This document shows positions 27,240 through 36,689 of a DNA stretch of 39,472 bases, piece by piece. Under the pieces are notes generated by a model, which searched no databases, was not told the DNA's origin, and saw nothing but the letters and a program-made list of their open reading frames with translations. The stretch lies in the IMG/VR virus record IMGVR_UViG_2690316086_000021. The stretch is one strand, 5' to 3'. The stretch is from a virus. Its lineage: Duplodnaviria; Heunggongvirae; Uroviricota; Caudoviricetes. The number at the start of each line of letters is the position of its first letter. Position 1 is the first letter of the stretch. Made by a program: the position numbers and the translations under genes.

Positions 27240-29067
27240 ATTTGAGCTTAAGGCGTTGATCACCGGTGTCGACAGGCTTTCTCCCGCGCTGTCGAAAATG
27301 CAAAAGAAAATCCGGGGATTTAAACGCCAGGCGGAAGAAGCGTCACAGGGTGGGCTGGCGCTTGGTGGCGGACTAGCTGCGGGTCTGACGCTTTCCCTGA
27401 AATCTTATGCCGATCAGGAAAACGCCGCCACCGGGCTGAAAGTCGCCATGATGGATGCGAACGGCGAGGTTGGAAAGAGCTTTCAGGACATCAATAAACT
27501 GGCTATTGGCCTGGGTAACCAGCTACCCGGTACAACGGCTGATTTCCAGAACATGATGCAGATGCTGGTGCGTCAGGGGATCCCGGCAGAAAACATTCTG
27601 GGCGGTGTGGGTAAAGCGACAGCTTATCTTGCGGTACAACTGAAAAAAACACCGGAAGCGGCTGCTGAGTTTGCTGCAAAGATGCAGGATGCTACCGGAA
27701 CGGCGTCAGAAGACATGATGGGGCTGTTCGACACTATCCAGAAGGCGTTTTATCTGGGCGTTGACGATACCAACATGTTGTCCTTCTTCACTAAAACCAG
27801 TTCTGTTCTGAAGATGGTGAACAAGGACGGTCTTCAGGCTGCACAGAGCCTTGCCCCTATCAGCGTCATGATGGATCAGATGGGGATGAACGGGGAGTCG
27901 GCAGGTAATGCCCTGCGAAAAGTTATCCAGTCCGGATTAAGCGTTAAGAAAATCAGGGACGTTAATAAAGTTATGGCCCGCCAGAAACTCGGAGTGCAGC
28001 TCGATTTTACTGACAGCAAAGGGAGTTTTGGCGGTCTTGATAACATGTTTAAGCAACTGGCAAAGCTGCGAAAACTGACCGACGTTAAGCGAACAGGTGT
28101 ACTTAAGGCAATATTTGGTGATGATGCCGAAACCCTTCAGGTGGTCAATGCTCTGATCGATAAAGGAAAGGATGGCTACGATCAGATCCAGCAGAAGATG
28201 AATAAACAGGCCAGCCTGAATAAACGTGTTCAGGCCCAGCTTGGTACGCTGTCCAACTTGTGGGAGGCAATGACGGGGACCGCAACTAACGGCCTTGCGG
28301 CTATTGGCGGCGCATTTTCTGGTGACGCCAAAAATATCACGCAATGGCTGGGGGAGTTGGGGGAAAAATTCACGAAGTTTGCGGATGAAAATCCCCGGGT
28401 TATTCGCGGCGTCGTCGGGCTTGCTGCCGGTCTTGCGATTCTGAAACTGGGATTGATGGGCGTGGGCAGTGCCATCAGTATTGTCAGCAGGATCATGTCG
28501 ATGACGCCGATTGGCATGATTGCGACGGCGATAGCCCTGGCTGCGGGATTAATTATCACTAACTGGGATGTTGTCGGACCTTATTTCAAGAAGCTCTGGG
28601 AAACCATTGGTCCTTATTTTGAGGCTGGCTGGGAACTCCTTAAGAAAGTTTTTGCCTGGTCGCCGCTGGGGATGGTGATCAATAACTGGGGGCCGGTTGT
28701 TAAGTGGTTTCAGGATATGTGGGACAAGCTGAAGCCAATTATTGAGTGGTTTACCGACAGTTCCGGTGACACGGTCGATGCCATTAACTCGGCGCAGTGG
28801 GGCGCGGGTGCTTATGATGCTTATGGGACGGGAATACCGGCGCGGGGATACACACCTTATCCGGCGGTGGATCCGGCTCAGTCAAACAACGCCTCCGATG
28901 CCACAGGCCCGAATCCCTTCATGATTAACAAAGCTTCTGCGCCAAAAGTTGATGGTGAGATCAAGGTCTCTTTTGTGAATTCGCCTCCGGGTATGCGGGT
29001 TATGGAAACGCGATCCAGCGGTTTTGATGTCAGCCATGATGTTGGCTATACGCGCTTTGGCAGGTAA
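27232..29067 (+). CDS. Tail tape measure protein
   Basis: 611-aa ORF with helical N-terminus and a hydrophobic, Gly/Ala-rich central region; follows the chaperone pair. Confidence 0.85.
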   Translation: MAEFELKALITGVDRLSPALSKMQKKIRGFKRQAEEASQGGLALGGGLAAGLTLSLKSYADQENAATGLKVAMMDANGEVGKSFQDINKLAIGLGNQLPGTTADFQNMMQMLVRQGIPAENILGGVGKATAYLAVQLKKTPEAAAEFAAKMQDATGTASEDMMGLFDTIQKAFYLGVDDTNMLSFFTKTSSVLKMVNKDGLQAAQSLAPISVMMDQMGMNGESAGNALRKVIQSGLSVKKIRDVNKVMARQKLGVQLDFTDSKGSFGGLDNMFKQLAKLRKLTDVKRTGVLKAIFGDDAETLQVVNALIDKGKDGYDQIQQKMNKQASLNKRVQAQLGTLSNLWEAMTGTATNGLAAIGGAFSGDAKNITQWLGELGEKFTKFADENPRVIRGVVGLAAGLAILKLGLMGVGSAISIVSRIMSMTPIGMIATAIALAAGLIITNWDVVGPYFKKLWETIGPYFEAGWELLKKVFAWSPLGMVINNWGPVVKWFQDMWDKLKPIIEWFTDSSGDTVDAINSAQWGAGAYDAYGTGIPARGYTPYPAVDPAQSNNASDATGPNPFMINKASAPKVDGEIKVSFVNSPPGMRVMETRSSGFDVSHDVGYTRFGR

Positions 29068-29127
29068 TGAAAAATTAATCTGTTAATGAGTCCCACTCCG
29101 GTGGGATTTTTTATGTACGGAGTTTAT

Positions 29128-30456
29128 ATGACGTGGAAAGACAGACTTCAGGACGCGTCATTTCGCGGTGTGCCGTTTAAGGTTGAAGAAGAAAGTGCGG
29201 GAACCGGTCGTCGTGTGGAAACGCACGAATACCCGAACCGCGACAAACCCTATACCGAAGACCTGGGGAAAATCACTTTCCGCCCGTCCATCACGGCTTA
29301 TGTGGTGGGAGATGACTGCTTTGACCAGCGCGATCGCCTGATTGACGCGCTGAATAAACCCGGTCCCGGCACGCTTGTCCATCCGACTTACGGTGAGCTG
29401 AAAGTCTGTGTTGACGGAGAGGTTCGGGTCAGCACATCGAAGAGTGAAGGGCGTATTGTCCGCTTTGACCTGAAGTTTGTCGAAGCGGGAGAACTCTCTT
29501 ACCCCACATCAGGTGCGGCGACGGCGCAGACGCTGATGTCATCCTGTTCTGCACTGGATGACTGCATCAGTGACAGCTTCAGCGGTTTCAGTATCGATGG
29601 CGTGGCGGATTTTGTGCAGAACGACGTCGTCGGTAATGCCGGCACAATGCTTGGGTATGTTTCTGATGCGATGAAAGTGGTGGATTCTGCCGTATCGGAT
29701 GCTGCCAGGCTGTTGCAGGGGGATATCTCGGTACTTCTGCCGCCACCATCGTCAGGCAAAAATTTCGTTGAGCAGGTGCAGAAAATGTGGCGTACCGGGA
29801 AACGCCTTTATGGTAACGCCAGCGACCTGGTCACCATGATCAAAACGCTTTCCGGTGTCAGCCTCGGCAGCGATCTGCAACCGCGCGGCGTCTGGAAAAC
29901 GGACAGTAAAACCACCGCCACGGCGACGCATCAGCGTAACGAGGTTGCCAGCACCCTTCGTACGACCGCAATCAGCGAAGCGGCGTATGCCGTCACCCGA
30001 TTGCCTGCGCCAACAACTTCCGCGGTGATGCAGAATGCCGCAGTGGGGCAGGCAACAACACCTGCGCAGAGCACTGGCTGGCCTTCCGTCACGCATCCGG
30101 CACTGAACAATGCACCGGCGGTGAAAAACACGGTTGACCTGCCAACGTGGGAAGAACTGACTGACATTCGCGACACACTGAATACGGCAATTGATAAGGA
30201 GTTGTCCCGTACAACCAGTGATGCGCTGTTTCTGGCACTGCGCCGGGTGAAAGCAGATCTGAATGCGGATATCAACACGCGCCTTGAACAGTCTGCACGG
30301 ATCATTCAGCGCACACCGGATGAGGTTTTACCCGCGCTGGTGCTGGCGGCGACCTGGTTTGATAACGCGGCGCGTGATGCGGACATTATCCGGCGTAATG
30401 CCATTACGCATCCCGGCTTTGTGCCGGTGATCCCTCTGAAGGTGCCAGTGCAATGA
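29128..30456 (+). CDS. DNA circularisation protein (Mu gpN-like)
   Basis: Start at ATG 29128 (GGAG RBS): MTWKDRLQDASFRGVPFKVE.., the signature N-terminus of Mu N-like proteins. Confidence 0.78.
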   Translation: MTWKDRLQDASFRGVPFKVEEESAGTGRRVETHEYPNRDKPYTEDLGKITFRPSITAYVVGDDCFDQRDRLIDALNKPGPGTLVHPTYGELKVCVDGEVRVSTSKSEGRIVRFDLKFVEAGELSYPTSGAATAQTLMSSCSALDDCISDSFSGFSIDGVADFVQNDVVGNAGTMLGYVSDAMKVVDSAVSDAARLLQGDISVLLPPPSSGKNFVEQVQKMWRTGKRLYGNASDLVTMIKTLSGVSLGSDLQPRGVWKTDSKTTATATHQRNEVASTLRTTAISEAAYAVTRLPAPTTSAVMQNAAVGQATTPAQSTGWPSVTHPALNNAPAVKNTVDLPTWEELTDIRDTLNTAIDKELSRTTSDALFLALRRVKADLNADINTRLEQSARIIQRTPDEVLPALVLAATWFDNAARDADIIRRNAITHPGFVPVIPLKVPVQ

Positions 30457-31532
30457 ACGACAATGTCACGCTACGGGTAAATGGCCGGGAGTGGAATGGC
30501 TGGACATCGGTGCGCATCGGTGCCGGTGTTGAACGACTGGCGCGGGATTTCAGTGTGGAGATCACCCGCCAGTGGCCGGGTGATGAGGGTATCACCACGC
30601 TTCAGCCGCGCATTAAAAACGGTTCAAAAGTGGAGGTGCTGATTGGTGATGAGCTGGTGATCACCGGCTGGGTGGAGGCGACGCCCGTTCGTTACGATGC
30701 CCGTTCGGTCAGCACCGGTATTGCCGGACGCAGTCTGACCGCTGACCTGATTGATTGTGCAGCCGAACCGACACAGTTTAACGGACGATCACTGGTACAG
30801 ATTGCGCAGGCGCTTGCTGCGCCCTTCGGCATTGAGGTGGTGAACAGCGGTGCGCCGTCGGGTGTTATTCCTGATGTCCAGCCTGATCACGGTGAAACGG
30901 TGATCGAGGTGATTAACAAAATACTCGGTCAGCAGCAGGCGCTGGCTTATGACGACCCGCACGGCAGGCTGGTGATTGGCGGTATTGGCTCAACGCGGGC
31001 ACATACCGCGCTGGTACTCGGGGAAAACATCCTTTCCTGCGATACGGAGAAGAGTATCCGGGAGCGGTTTTCTGTTTACCAGGTGGCGGGGCAGCGTGCC
31101 GGAAACGACGATGATTTCGGTGAGGCCACCACAACTGCGCTGCGGGCCCGCACAGAGGACGCATTTATTGCCCGTTACCGTCCGATGTATATCAGGCAGA
31201 CAGGGCAGGCTACGGGGGCAGGCTGTATTGCGCGTGCTGACTTTGAAGCCCGACAACGGGCGGCGCGGACGGATGAAACCACCTATGTGGTGCAGGGCTG
31301 GCGACAGGGTAACGGTACGCTGTGGCAGCCCAACCAGCGGGTGATTGTCTTCGATCCGGTCTGTGGTTTCGACAATACCGAACTGCTTGTCTCGGAAGTC
31401 ACGTTTACTCAGGACCAGAACGGCACCCTGACGGAAATCCGTGTCGGCCCACCTGATGCTTATCTGCCTGAACCCGAAGCCCCCGGCGCGCGGAAAAAGA
31501 AAAAAGCCAGAGTACAGGAGGACCCGTTCTGA
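30453..31532 (+). CDS. Baseplate hub / tail protein (Mu gpP-like)
   Basis: 359-aa ORF in conserved Mu tail order, coupled to the upstream gene. Confidence 0.7.
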   Translation: MNDNVTLRVNGREWNGWTSVRIGAGVERLARDFSVEITRQWPGDEGITTLQPRIKNGSKVEVLIGDELVITGWVEATPVRYDARSVSTGIAGRSLTADLIDCAAEPTQFNGRSLVQIAQALAAPFGIEVVNSGAPSGVIPDVQPDHGETVIEVINKILGQQQALAYDDPHGRLVIGGIGSTRAHTALVLGENILSCDTEKSIRERFSVYQVAGQRAGNDDDFGEATTTALRARTEDAFIARYRPMYIRQTGQATGAGCIARADFEARQRAARTDETTYVVQGWRQGNGTLWQPNQRVIVFDPVCGFDNTELLVSEVTFTQDQNGTLTEIRVGPPDAYLPEPEAPGARKKKKARVQEDPF

Positions 31533-32080
31533 TGAGGACGATTGAAGCCATGCAGCGACAACTCCTCGGCCTGATTGGGCGGGCCGTGGTGAAAAGCATC
31601 AGTGCCGCCACGAAATGTCAGACCGTGGATGTGTCCCTGATTGCCGGTGAACCCAAAGCCGGGGTTGAACATCTTGAACCCTACGGTTTTACCGCAAGGG
31701 CAAACAGCGGTGCGGAAGCGGTGGTGTTGTTTCCGGATGGCGACCGTTCTCATGCGGTGGTTGTTACGGTGTCGGACCGGCGCTACCGCCTGAAAGGGCT
31801 GCAGACGGGTGAGGTGGCTGTCTATGACGATCAGGGGCAGTCCGTGACGCTGACCCGGGAGGGGATCGTGGTGGACGGTGCAGGTAAAACGATTACGTTT
31901 CGCAATTCACCTAAAGCACGTTTTGAAATGGACCTGGAAGTGACAGGACAGGTGAAAGACCTGTGCGACTCCAGCGGCACCACCATGTCAGCGATGCGGC
32001 TTGCCTATAACGGGCATCGTCACAGAGAGAACGGTCAGGGCAGTAACACCGACAAACCTGATAAAGCGATGGAGGCATGA
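31532..32080 (+). CDS. Baseplate assembly protein V-like (spike)
   Basis: 182-aa ORF in conserved order (Mu gp45 position). Confidence 0.65.
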   Translation: MRTIEAMQRQLLGLIGRAVVKSISAATKCQTVDVSLIAGEPKAGVEHLEPYGFTARANSGAEAVVLFPDGDRSHAVVVTVSDRRYRLKGLQTGEVAVYDDQGQSVTLTREGIVVDGAGKTITFRNSPKARFEMDLEVTGQVKDLCDSSGTTMSAMRLAYNGHRHRENGQGSNTDKPDKAMEA

Positions 32081-32505
32081 TGGAACTGTGGCTGACGGTG
32101 AACGGTAAACGCACCTGCGCCAGCGCACCGCTGGATCCGCTGACCCGCGCCGTGGTGATTTCCCTGTTTACCTGGCGGCGGGCGGAGCCTGATGACAACG
32201 CCGACGTCCCGATGGGATGGTGGGGGGATACCTGGCCTGCGGTACAGAATGACCGTTACGGCTCCCGGCTGTGGCTGCTTCAGCGCAGCAAACTGACCAA
32301 TCAGCTGGTGCTGACGGTAAGGGGGTATATCCGCGAATGCCTGCAATGGATGATTGATGACGGCGTGGTGTCCCGTATTGATCTGGATATCCGCCGCACC
32401 GGGATTAATGAACTGGGTAACAGTATCACTCTCTGGCGTCGTGACGGACCGGTAATGATTTCTTTTGATGATCTGTGGAGTGCGATAACGCATGGCGGAC
32501 AGTGA
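32077..32505 (+). CDS. Baseplate protein (Mu gp46 / gp25-like)
   Basis: 142-aa ORF in conserved order. Confidence 0.65.
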   Translation: MMELWLTVNGKRTCASAPLDPLTRAVVISLFTWRRAEPDDNADVPMGWWGDTWPAVQNDRYGSRLWLLQRSKLTNQLVLTVRGYIRECLQWMIDDGVVSRIDLDIRRTGINELGNSITLWRRDGPVMISFDDLWSAITHGGQ

Positions 32506-33550
32506 ATTTCAGCGCCCGACGCTGGCAGAAAATATCAGTATGCTCCGTAACGATTTATTCGCCAGGCTGGACGTCAGCGACACGCTCCGGCGCATGGATG
32601 AAGACGTGCGGGCAAAGGTGTATGCGGCGGCGCTGCATACGGTTTACGGTTACATCGATTATCTGGCAATGAACATGCTTCCTGACCTGTGCGATGAGTC
32701 CTGGCTGGCGCGACATGCTGCGATGAAACGGTGTCCGCGCAAGGGGGCCACGGCTGCCAGCGGGTATATGCGCTGGGAAGGTGTCAGCGATGGCCTGAAA
32801 GTGACTGCCGGGAGTGTTATTCAGCGCGATGACCTGGTTCAGTACACGGCAACTGCCGATGCAACCAGCTCCGGTGGTGTCCTGCGCGTGCCGATCGCCT
32901 GCTCAAGTGCAGGCGCGGTCGGTAACGCTGACGACGGTACGGCATTAATCCTGGTCACGCCGGTGAATGGTCTGCCGTCTTCCGGTGTGGCTGACACTCT
33001 GACAGGCGGATTTGATACTGAAGAGCTGGAAACGTGGCGCGCCCGCGTCATTGAGCGGTATTACTGGACGCCGCAGGGCGGGGCTGACGGGGACTATGTC
33101 GTCTGGGCTAAAGAAGTGCCCGGCATTACCCGCGCATGGACATACCGCCACTGGATGGGAACGGGAACTGTCGGTGTGATGATTGCCGGCAGTGACCTGA
33201 TTAATCCCATTCCGGAAGAGTCAACGGAAACGGCAGTACGACAACACATCGAGCCACTGGCCCCGGTGGCAGGTTCTGATTTGTATGTGTTCAGGCCGGT
33301 GGCGCATACGGTGGATTTTCATATCCGCGTGACGCCGGACACACCGGAAATACGGGCTGCCATCACCGCCGAGTTGCGTTCGTTCCTGCTGCGTGATGGT
33401 TATCCGCAGGGAGAACTGAAGGTGTCACGTATCAGTGAAGCGATTTCCGGTGCGAACGGGGAATACAGCCATCAGTTGCTTGCCCCGGCGGACAATATCT
33501 CCATTGCAAAAAATGAGCTGGCAGTTCTGGGGACGATTTCATGGACGTGA
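32492..33550 (+). CDS. Baseplate J-like protein (Mu gp47-like)
   Basis: 352-aa ORF in conserved order. Confidence 0.75.
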   Translation: MADSEFQRPTLAENISMLRNDLFARLDVSDTLRRMDEDVRAKVYAAALHTVYGYIDYLAMNMLPDLCDESWLARHAAMKRCPRKGATAASGYMRWEGVSDGLKVTAGSVIQRDDLVQYTATADATSSGGVLRVPIACSSAGAVGNADDGTALILVTPVNGLPSSGVADTLTGGFDTEELETWRARVIERYYWTPQGGADGDYVVWAKEVPGITRAWTYRHWMGTGTVGVMIAGSDLINPIPEESTETAVRQHIEPLAPVAGSDLYVFRPVAHTVDFHIRVTPDTPEIRAAITAELRSFLLRDGYPQGELKVSRISEAISGANGEYSHQLLAPADNISIAKNELAVLGTISWT

Positions 33551-34125
33551 CAAACGATGATTATATCCGTCTGTTGTCGGCACTGTTGCCGCCCGGTCCG
33601 GCGTGGTCAGTCAGCGATCCGGCGATTGCCGGTGCGGCACCGTCATTAACCCGCGTTCATCAGCGTGCGGATGCCCTGATGCGGGAGCTGGATCCGCGCA
33701 CCACCACTGAACTGATAAACCGCTGGGAGCGTCTGTGCGGTCTGCCGGATGAATGTATTCCCGCAGGGACACAAACCCTTCGCCAGCGTCAGCAACGGCT
33801 GGATGCGAAGGTTAATCTGGCGGGCGGCATCAATGAGGATTTTTACCTTGCACAGCTTGCTGCCCTGGGCAGACCAGACGCCACTATCACGCGATACGAT
33901 AAAAGCACGTTCACCTGCTCATCGGCCTGTACTGACGCAGTGAATGCGCCGGAATGGCGGTATTACTGGCAGGTCAACATGCCAGCCGCCACCAACACCA
34001 CCTGGATGACATGTGGCGATCCCTGTGATTCCGCACTGCGTATCTGGGGCGACACCGTTGTCGAGTGCGTGCTTAACAAACTCTGCCCTTCGCATACCTA
34101 CGTAATTTTTAAATATCTGGAGTAA
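33541..34125 (+). CDS. Tail protein (Mu gp48-like, DUF2313-like)
   Basis: 194-aa ORF between baseplate J and the tail fiber. Confidence 0.6.
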   Translation: MDVTNDDYIRLLSALLPPGPAWSVSDPAIAGAAPSLTRVHQRADALMRELDPRTTTELINRWERLCGLPDECIPAGTQTLRQRQQRLDAKVNLAGGINEDFYLAQLAALGRPDATITRYDKSTFTCSSACTDAVNAPEWRYYWQVNMPAATNTTWMTCGDPCDSALRIWGDTVVECVLNKLCPSHTYVIFKYLE

Positions 34126-34128
34126 TCC

Positions 34129-34920
34129 ATGCATCGTATAGACACGAAAACCGCGCAGAAGGATAAGTTCGGCGCGGGTAAGAACGGTTTTACCCGTGGT
34201 AACCCCCAAACCGGCACACCTGCCACCGATCTGGATGATGACTACTTTGACATGTTGCAGGAAGAACTTTGTAGCGTGGTGGAGGCCTCCGGTGCCAGCC
34301 TGGAGAAAGGGCGGCATGACCAGCTGCTTACCGCACTTCGTGCGCTGCTGTTAAGCCGCAAGAATCCGTTTGGCGATATCAAATCGGATGGCACAGTGCA
34401 AACGGCTCTCGAAAACCTTGGTTTAGGAGAAGCGGCGAAAAGGGATGTGGGCACGACAGTCGGAACCGTTGCCGCTGGTGATGATTTACGCATAACAGGA
34501 GCACTTCAAAAGGCAAATAATCTTTATGAGTTAACAAATAAATCTGATGCAAGAGCTAATCTTGGGTTAGGAACCGTTGCAACAAAAAACGTGGGAAATA
34601 GTGCTGGGCAAATACCTGATATGTCTTACTGGTCTTCACCGGCAGGCGGAATTAATTTCCCGAATGGGTTCCAGATGCGATTCGGGACTATCGCTGGTAC
34701 TGGTGGAAAATTATTTTCTACGCCATTTACAAATCAGTGCTATGGCATTGTTTTCGGACAAACATATGGAGCCAACTACTGGATGTTCAGCCCGATGTAC
34801 AGAGCATCTGATCTGAGTAATACCAGTTTTGCATTCATTAACAAAGCCTGGTCTGGCGTTCCGGGGGTAGGTTCTCAGGACGCTGGTGAATCAGTTTTTT
34901 ATATTGCAGTAGGGTATTAA
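34129..34920 (+). CDS. Tail fiber protein (constant N-terminus + currently expressed variable C-terminus)
   Basis: N-terminus ..[27 protein letters not shown].. is the conserved tail-fiber N-terminal motif; the crossover site lies inside the gene at about 34406..34432; the 3' part is visibly AT-rich. Confidence 0.72.
   Translation: MHRIDTKTAQKDKFGAGKNGFTRGNPQTGTPATDLDDDYFDMLQEELCSVVEASGASLEKGRHDQLLTALRALLLSRKNPFGDIKSDGTVQTALENLGLGEAAKRDVGTTVGTVAAGDDLRITGALQKANNLYELTNKSDARANLGLGTVATKNVGNSAGQIPDMSYWSSPAGGINFPNGFQMRFGTIAGTGGKLFSTPFTNQCYGIVFGQTYGANYWMFSPMYRASDLSNTSFAFINKAWSGVPGVGSQDAGESVFYIAVGY
34406..34432. repeat. Left recombination site of the invertible tail-fiber segment (hix/gix-like)
   Basis: CTCTCGAAAACCTTGGTTTAGGAGAAG contains the GAAAACC..GGTTT core typical of Hin/Gin sites and is repeated in inverted orientation at 36384..36408. 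Confidence 0.6.
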
Positions 34921-34921
34921 T

Positions 34922-35365
34922 ATGGAAATGGTTTATAGCGCCTCAAATAATAGTTTTTTCGCTAAAAATGATGTGGCGAAATATGAACAGGCCGGATGGG
35001 AACTTGCTGATATTGTCGAAGTGACATATGACACTTACCTGGAATTTATTGAAGACAGAACGTTGCAAGGGAAAGTACGCATCGCGGGTGATGATGGCCT
35101 TCCCACCTGGGGGGAAATTCCACCGCCAACTCATGAGGAACAAATTGCCGCAGCCGAACTGGAAAAGCAGCAATTGATTAATCAGGTCAACGAATACATA
35201 TACAGTAAGCAATGGCCTGGTAAAGCAGCGATTGGTCGCCTGAAAGGTGAGGAACTGGCGCAATATAATTTGTGGCTGGATTATCTGGACGTACTGGAGC
35301 TGGTCGATACTTCCGGTGCGCCAGATATTGAATGGCCTACGCCTCCGGCAGTTCAGGCCAGATGA
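34922..35365 (+). CDS. Tail fiber assembly protein (Tfa)
   Basis: 147-aa ORF with typical Tfa N-terminus (MEMVYSASNNSFFAKNDV..). Confidence 0.72.
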   Translation: MEMVYSASNNSFFAKNDVAKYEQAGWELADIVEVTYDTYLEFIEDRTLQGKVRIAGDDGLPTWGEIPPPTHEEQIAAAELEKQQLINQVNEYIYSKQWPGKAAIGRLKGEELAQYNLWLDYLDVLELVDTSGAPDIEWPTPPAVQAR

Positions 35366-35930
35366 CATCCGGCGCGGTGCTCGTATCTGTTGCCGTCACC
35401 GCGTCAATGTAATCAAGCACGGCGTTAAGCCGGGTGGTTTCTGCCTGCGTCAGCTTCCGCCCGGCCTGTAATTTCAGCTGAATCAGGCTGATGGAAGCCA
35501 TTGCAGCATCAATCAGTGACTGGCGCTGTGCTTCTGCCGCTTCTACTGCGGCACCGTGTTGTGCCTCAGTATCTGTCACCCATTTCTCACCATCCCATTT
35601 ATCATATGGCGTTAACGGTGAAAGCGTGACATAACCGTTTTTGATGGCACCGATATAATCCACTGTAACAGCTGCGCCATTTTCGATTGAGTAAACAGTC
35701 TCATTGCGATGGTCTTCTTCATGGCTCCATCCCTTACCCGTAAATACTGCCACTTTTCCCGGAATGTTTTCGCCAGGGTCAATACCAGTGGAACAGGCGG
35801 GCATACTTACGCCAGTATTAATATATTCATCAGACCAGCCCGTATATTCATACGTTACTGCATCATAATAAAAACAACGCATATCACCCGGCACTGTAGC
35901 CAGTCCATTTTCATCAAAAACAGGTTTCAT
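35337..35930 (-). CDS. Alternative tail fiber assembly protein (inverted orientation, Tfa')
   Basis: 197-aa minus-strand ORF; its C-terminus (..DYIDAVTATDTSTAPDVIWPELP) parallels the plus-strand Tfa C-terminus (..DVLELVDTSGAPDIEWPTPP). Confidence 0.68.
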   Translation of the reverse strand: MKPVFDENGLATVPGDMRCFYYDAVTYEYTGWSDEYINTGVSMPACSTGIDPGENIPGKVAVFTGKGWSHEEDHRNETVYSIENGAAVTVDYIGAIKNGYVTLSPLTPYDKWDGEKWVTDTEAQHGAAVEAAEAQRQSLIDAAMASISLIQLKLQAGRKLTQAETTRLNAVLDYIDAVTATDTSTAPDVIWPELPEA

Positions 35931-36439
35931 TATTTAGCCCTTACTAAAAAGTTGAATGCGATGTTACGGGGACGCGTTTCAGTACCGCCTGGGTTTTGAA
36001 AAGCGGGCAAAGCACTTCCAGCCGGCTGACTAACGCCGCTGGTATATAATGGAGAAGCATTCGAAACGGTGCCAAACACTACATTACTGCCACTTCCATT
36101 TAGCCCTAAAATTTTATGCTCGTGCGTTTTGAAATCGTCTGATTGTGCGGAAAGTAATGCACGGCCACTGTCAACGCCACGGCCATCATCCCAGATACGA
36201 ATAAATTCACCGCGTGCTTCAGGCAGTGTTAATGCAGGAAACACCAGAGCGAGTTTTGGATAATTCGACGCTGAGAATGTGGCTCCGTTGAACTTCAGAA
36301 ACACCATACTGGACCAGCTGTCGATTACAGTATTTGGCATTGCAGCGGACGGCCAGAAGAACGGAACGCCAATAGCTGGAGCACCTTCTCCCAAACCAAC
36401 ATTTATGAAAATGCAGAAATAACGAGCAAATGGCATCAT
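35930..36439 (-). CDS. Alternative tail fiber C-terminal segment (silent until inversion)
   Basis: Minus-strand ORF ending ..RNIAFNFLVRAK (conserved fiber C-terminal motif); shares the junction peptide GLGE with the expressed fiber at the recombination site. Confidence 0.6.
   Translation of the reverse strand: MMPFARYFCIFINVGLGEGAPAIGVPFFWPSAAMPNTVIDSWSSMVFLKFNGATFSASNYPKLALVFPALTLPEARGEFIRIWDDGRGVDSGRALLSAQSDDFKTHEHKILGLNGSGSNVVFGTVSNASPLYTSGVSQPAGSALPAFQNPGGTETRPRNIAFNFLVRAK
36384..36408. repeat. Right recombination site of the invertible segment (inverted copy)
   Basis: The reverse complement TTCATAAATGTTGGTTTGGGAGAAG matches the left site over TTGGTTT(A/G)GGAGAAG. Confidence 0.55.
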
Positions 36440-36465
36440 TCCTGCTTTTGCTAGGGAGATCTACC

Positions 36466-36594
36466 ATGCTTATTGGCTATGTACGTGTGTCAACAAATGA
36501 CCAGAACACAGATCTACAACGTAATGCGCTGAACTGTGCAGGATGCGAGCTGATTTTTGAAGACAAGATAAGCGGTACAAAGTCCGAAACCTAG
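36466..36594 (+). pseudogene. Truncated DNA invertase (Gin/Pin/Hin serine recombinase), first 42 codons only
   Basis: MLIGYVRVSTNDQNTDLQRNALNCAGCELIFEDKISGTKSET then stop; N-terminal catalytic-serine motif (YVRVSTNDQ) present, but the rest of the roughly 190-aa enzyme is missing. Confidence 0.78.
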
Positions 36595-36641
36595 GGCTGA
36601 CACTGCTGTTCTTGTTGCAAATTAAAGGATTTAATAGTGAG

Positions 36642-36669
36642 TAGCGGCCTTACTAATGTAAGGCCGCTA
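36642..36669. terminator. Hairpin between the invertase remnant and the GmrSD-like gene
   Basis: TAGCGGCCTTA-ctaat-TAAGGCCGCTA perfect inverted repeat followed by T-rich sequence. Confidence 0.45.
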
Positions 36670-36689
36670 TAATCATTTTATTAATTGCA

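Larger units (their letters stand above)
1445..36594. mobile_element. Mosaic prophage integrated at thrW (lambdoid early region, HK97-like head, Mu-like contractile tail); right boundary unresolved
   Basis: Contiguous integrase, immunity, replication, lysis, head and tail modules starting right after the tRNA 3' end. No clear direct repeat of the tRNA 3' end was found on the right, so the end coordinate is a minimum extent. Confidence 0.8.
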
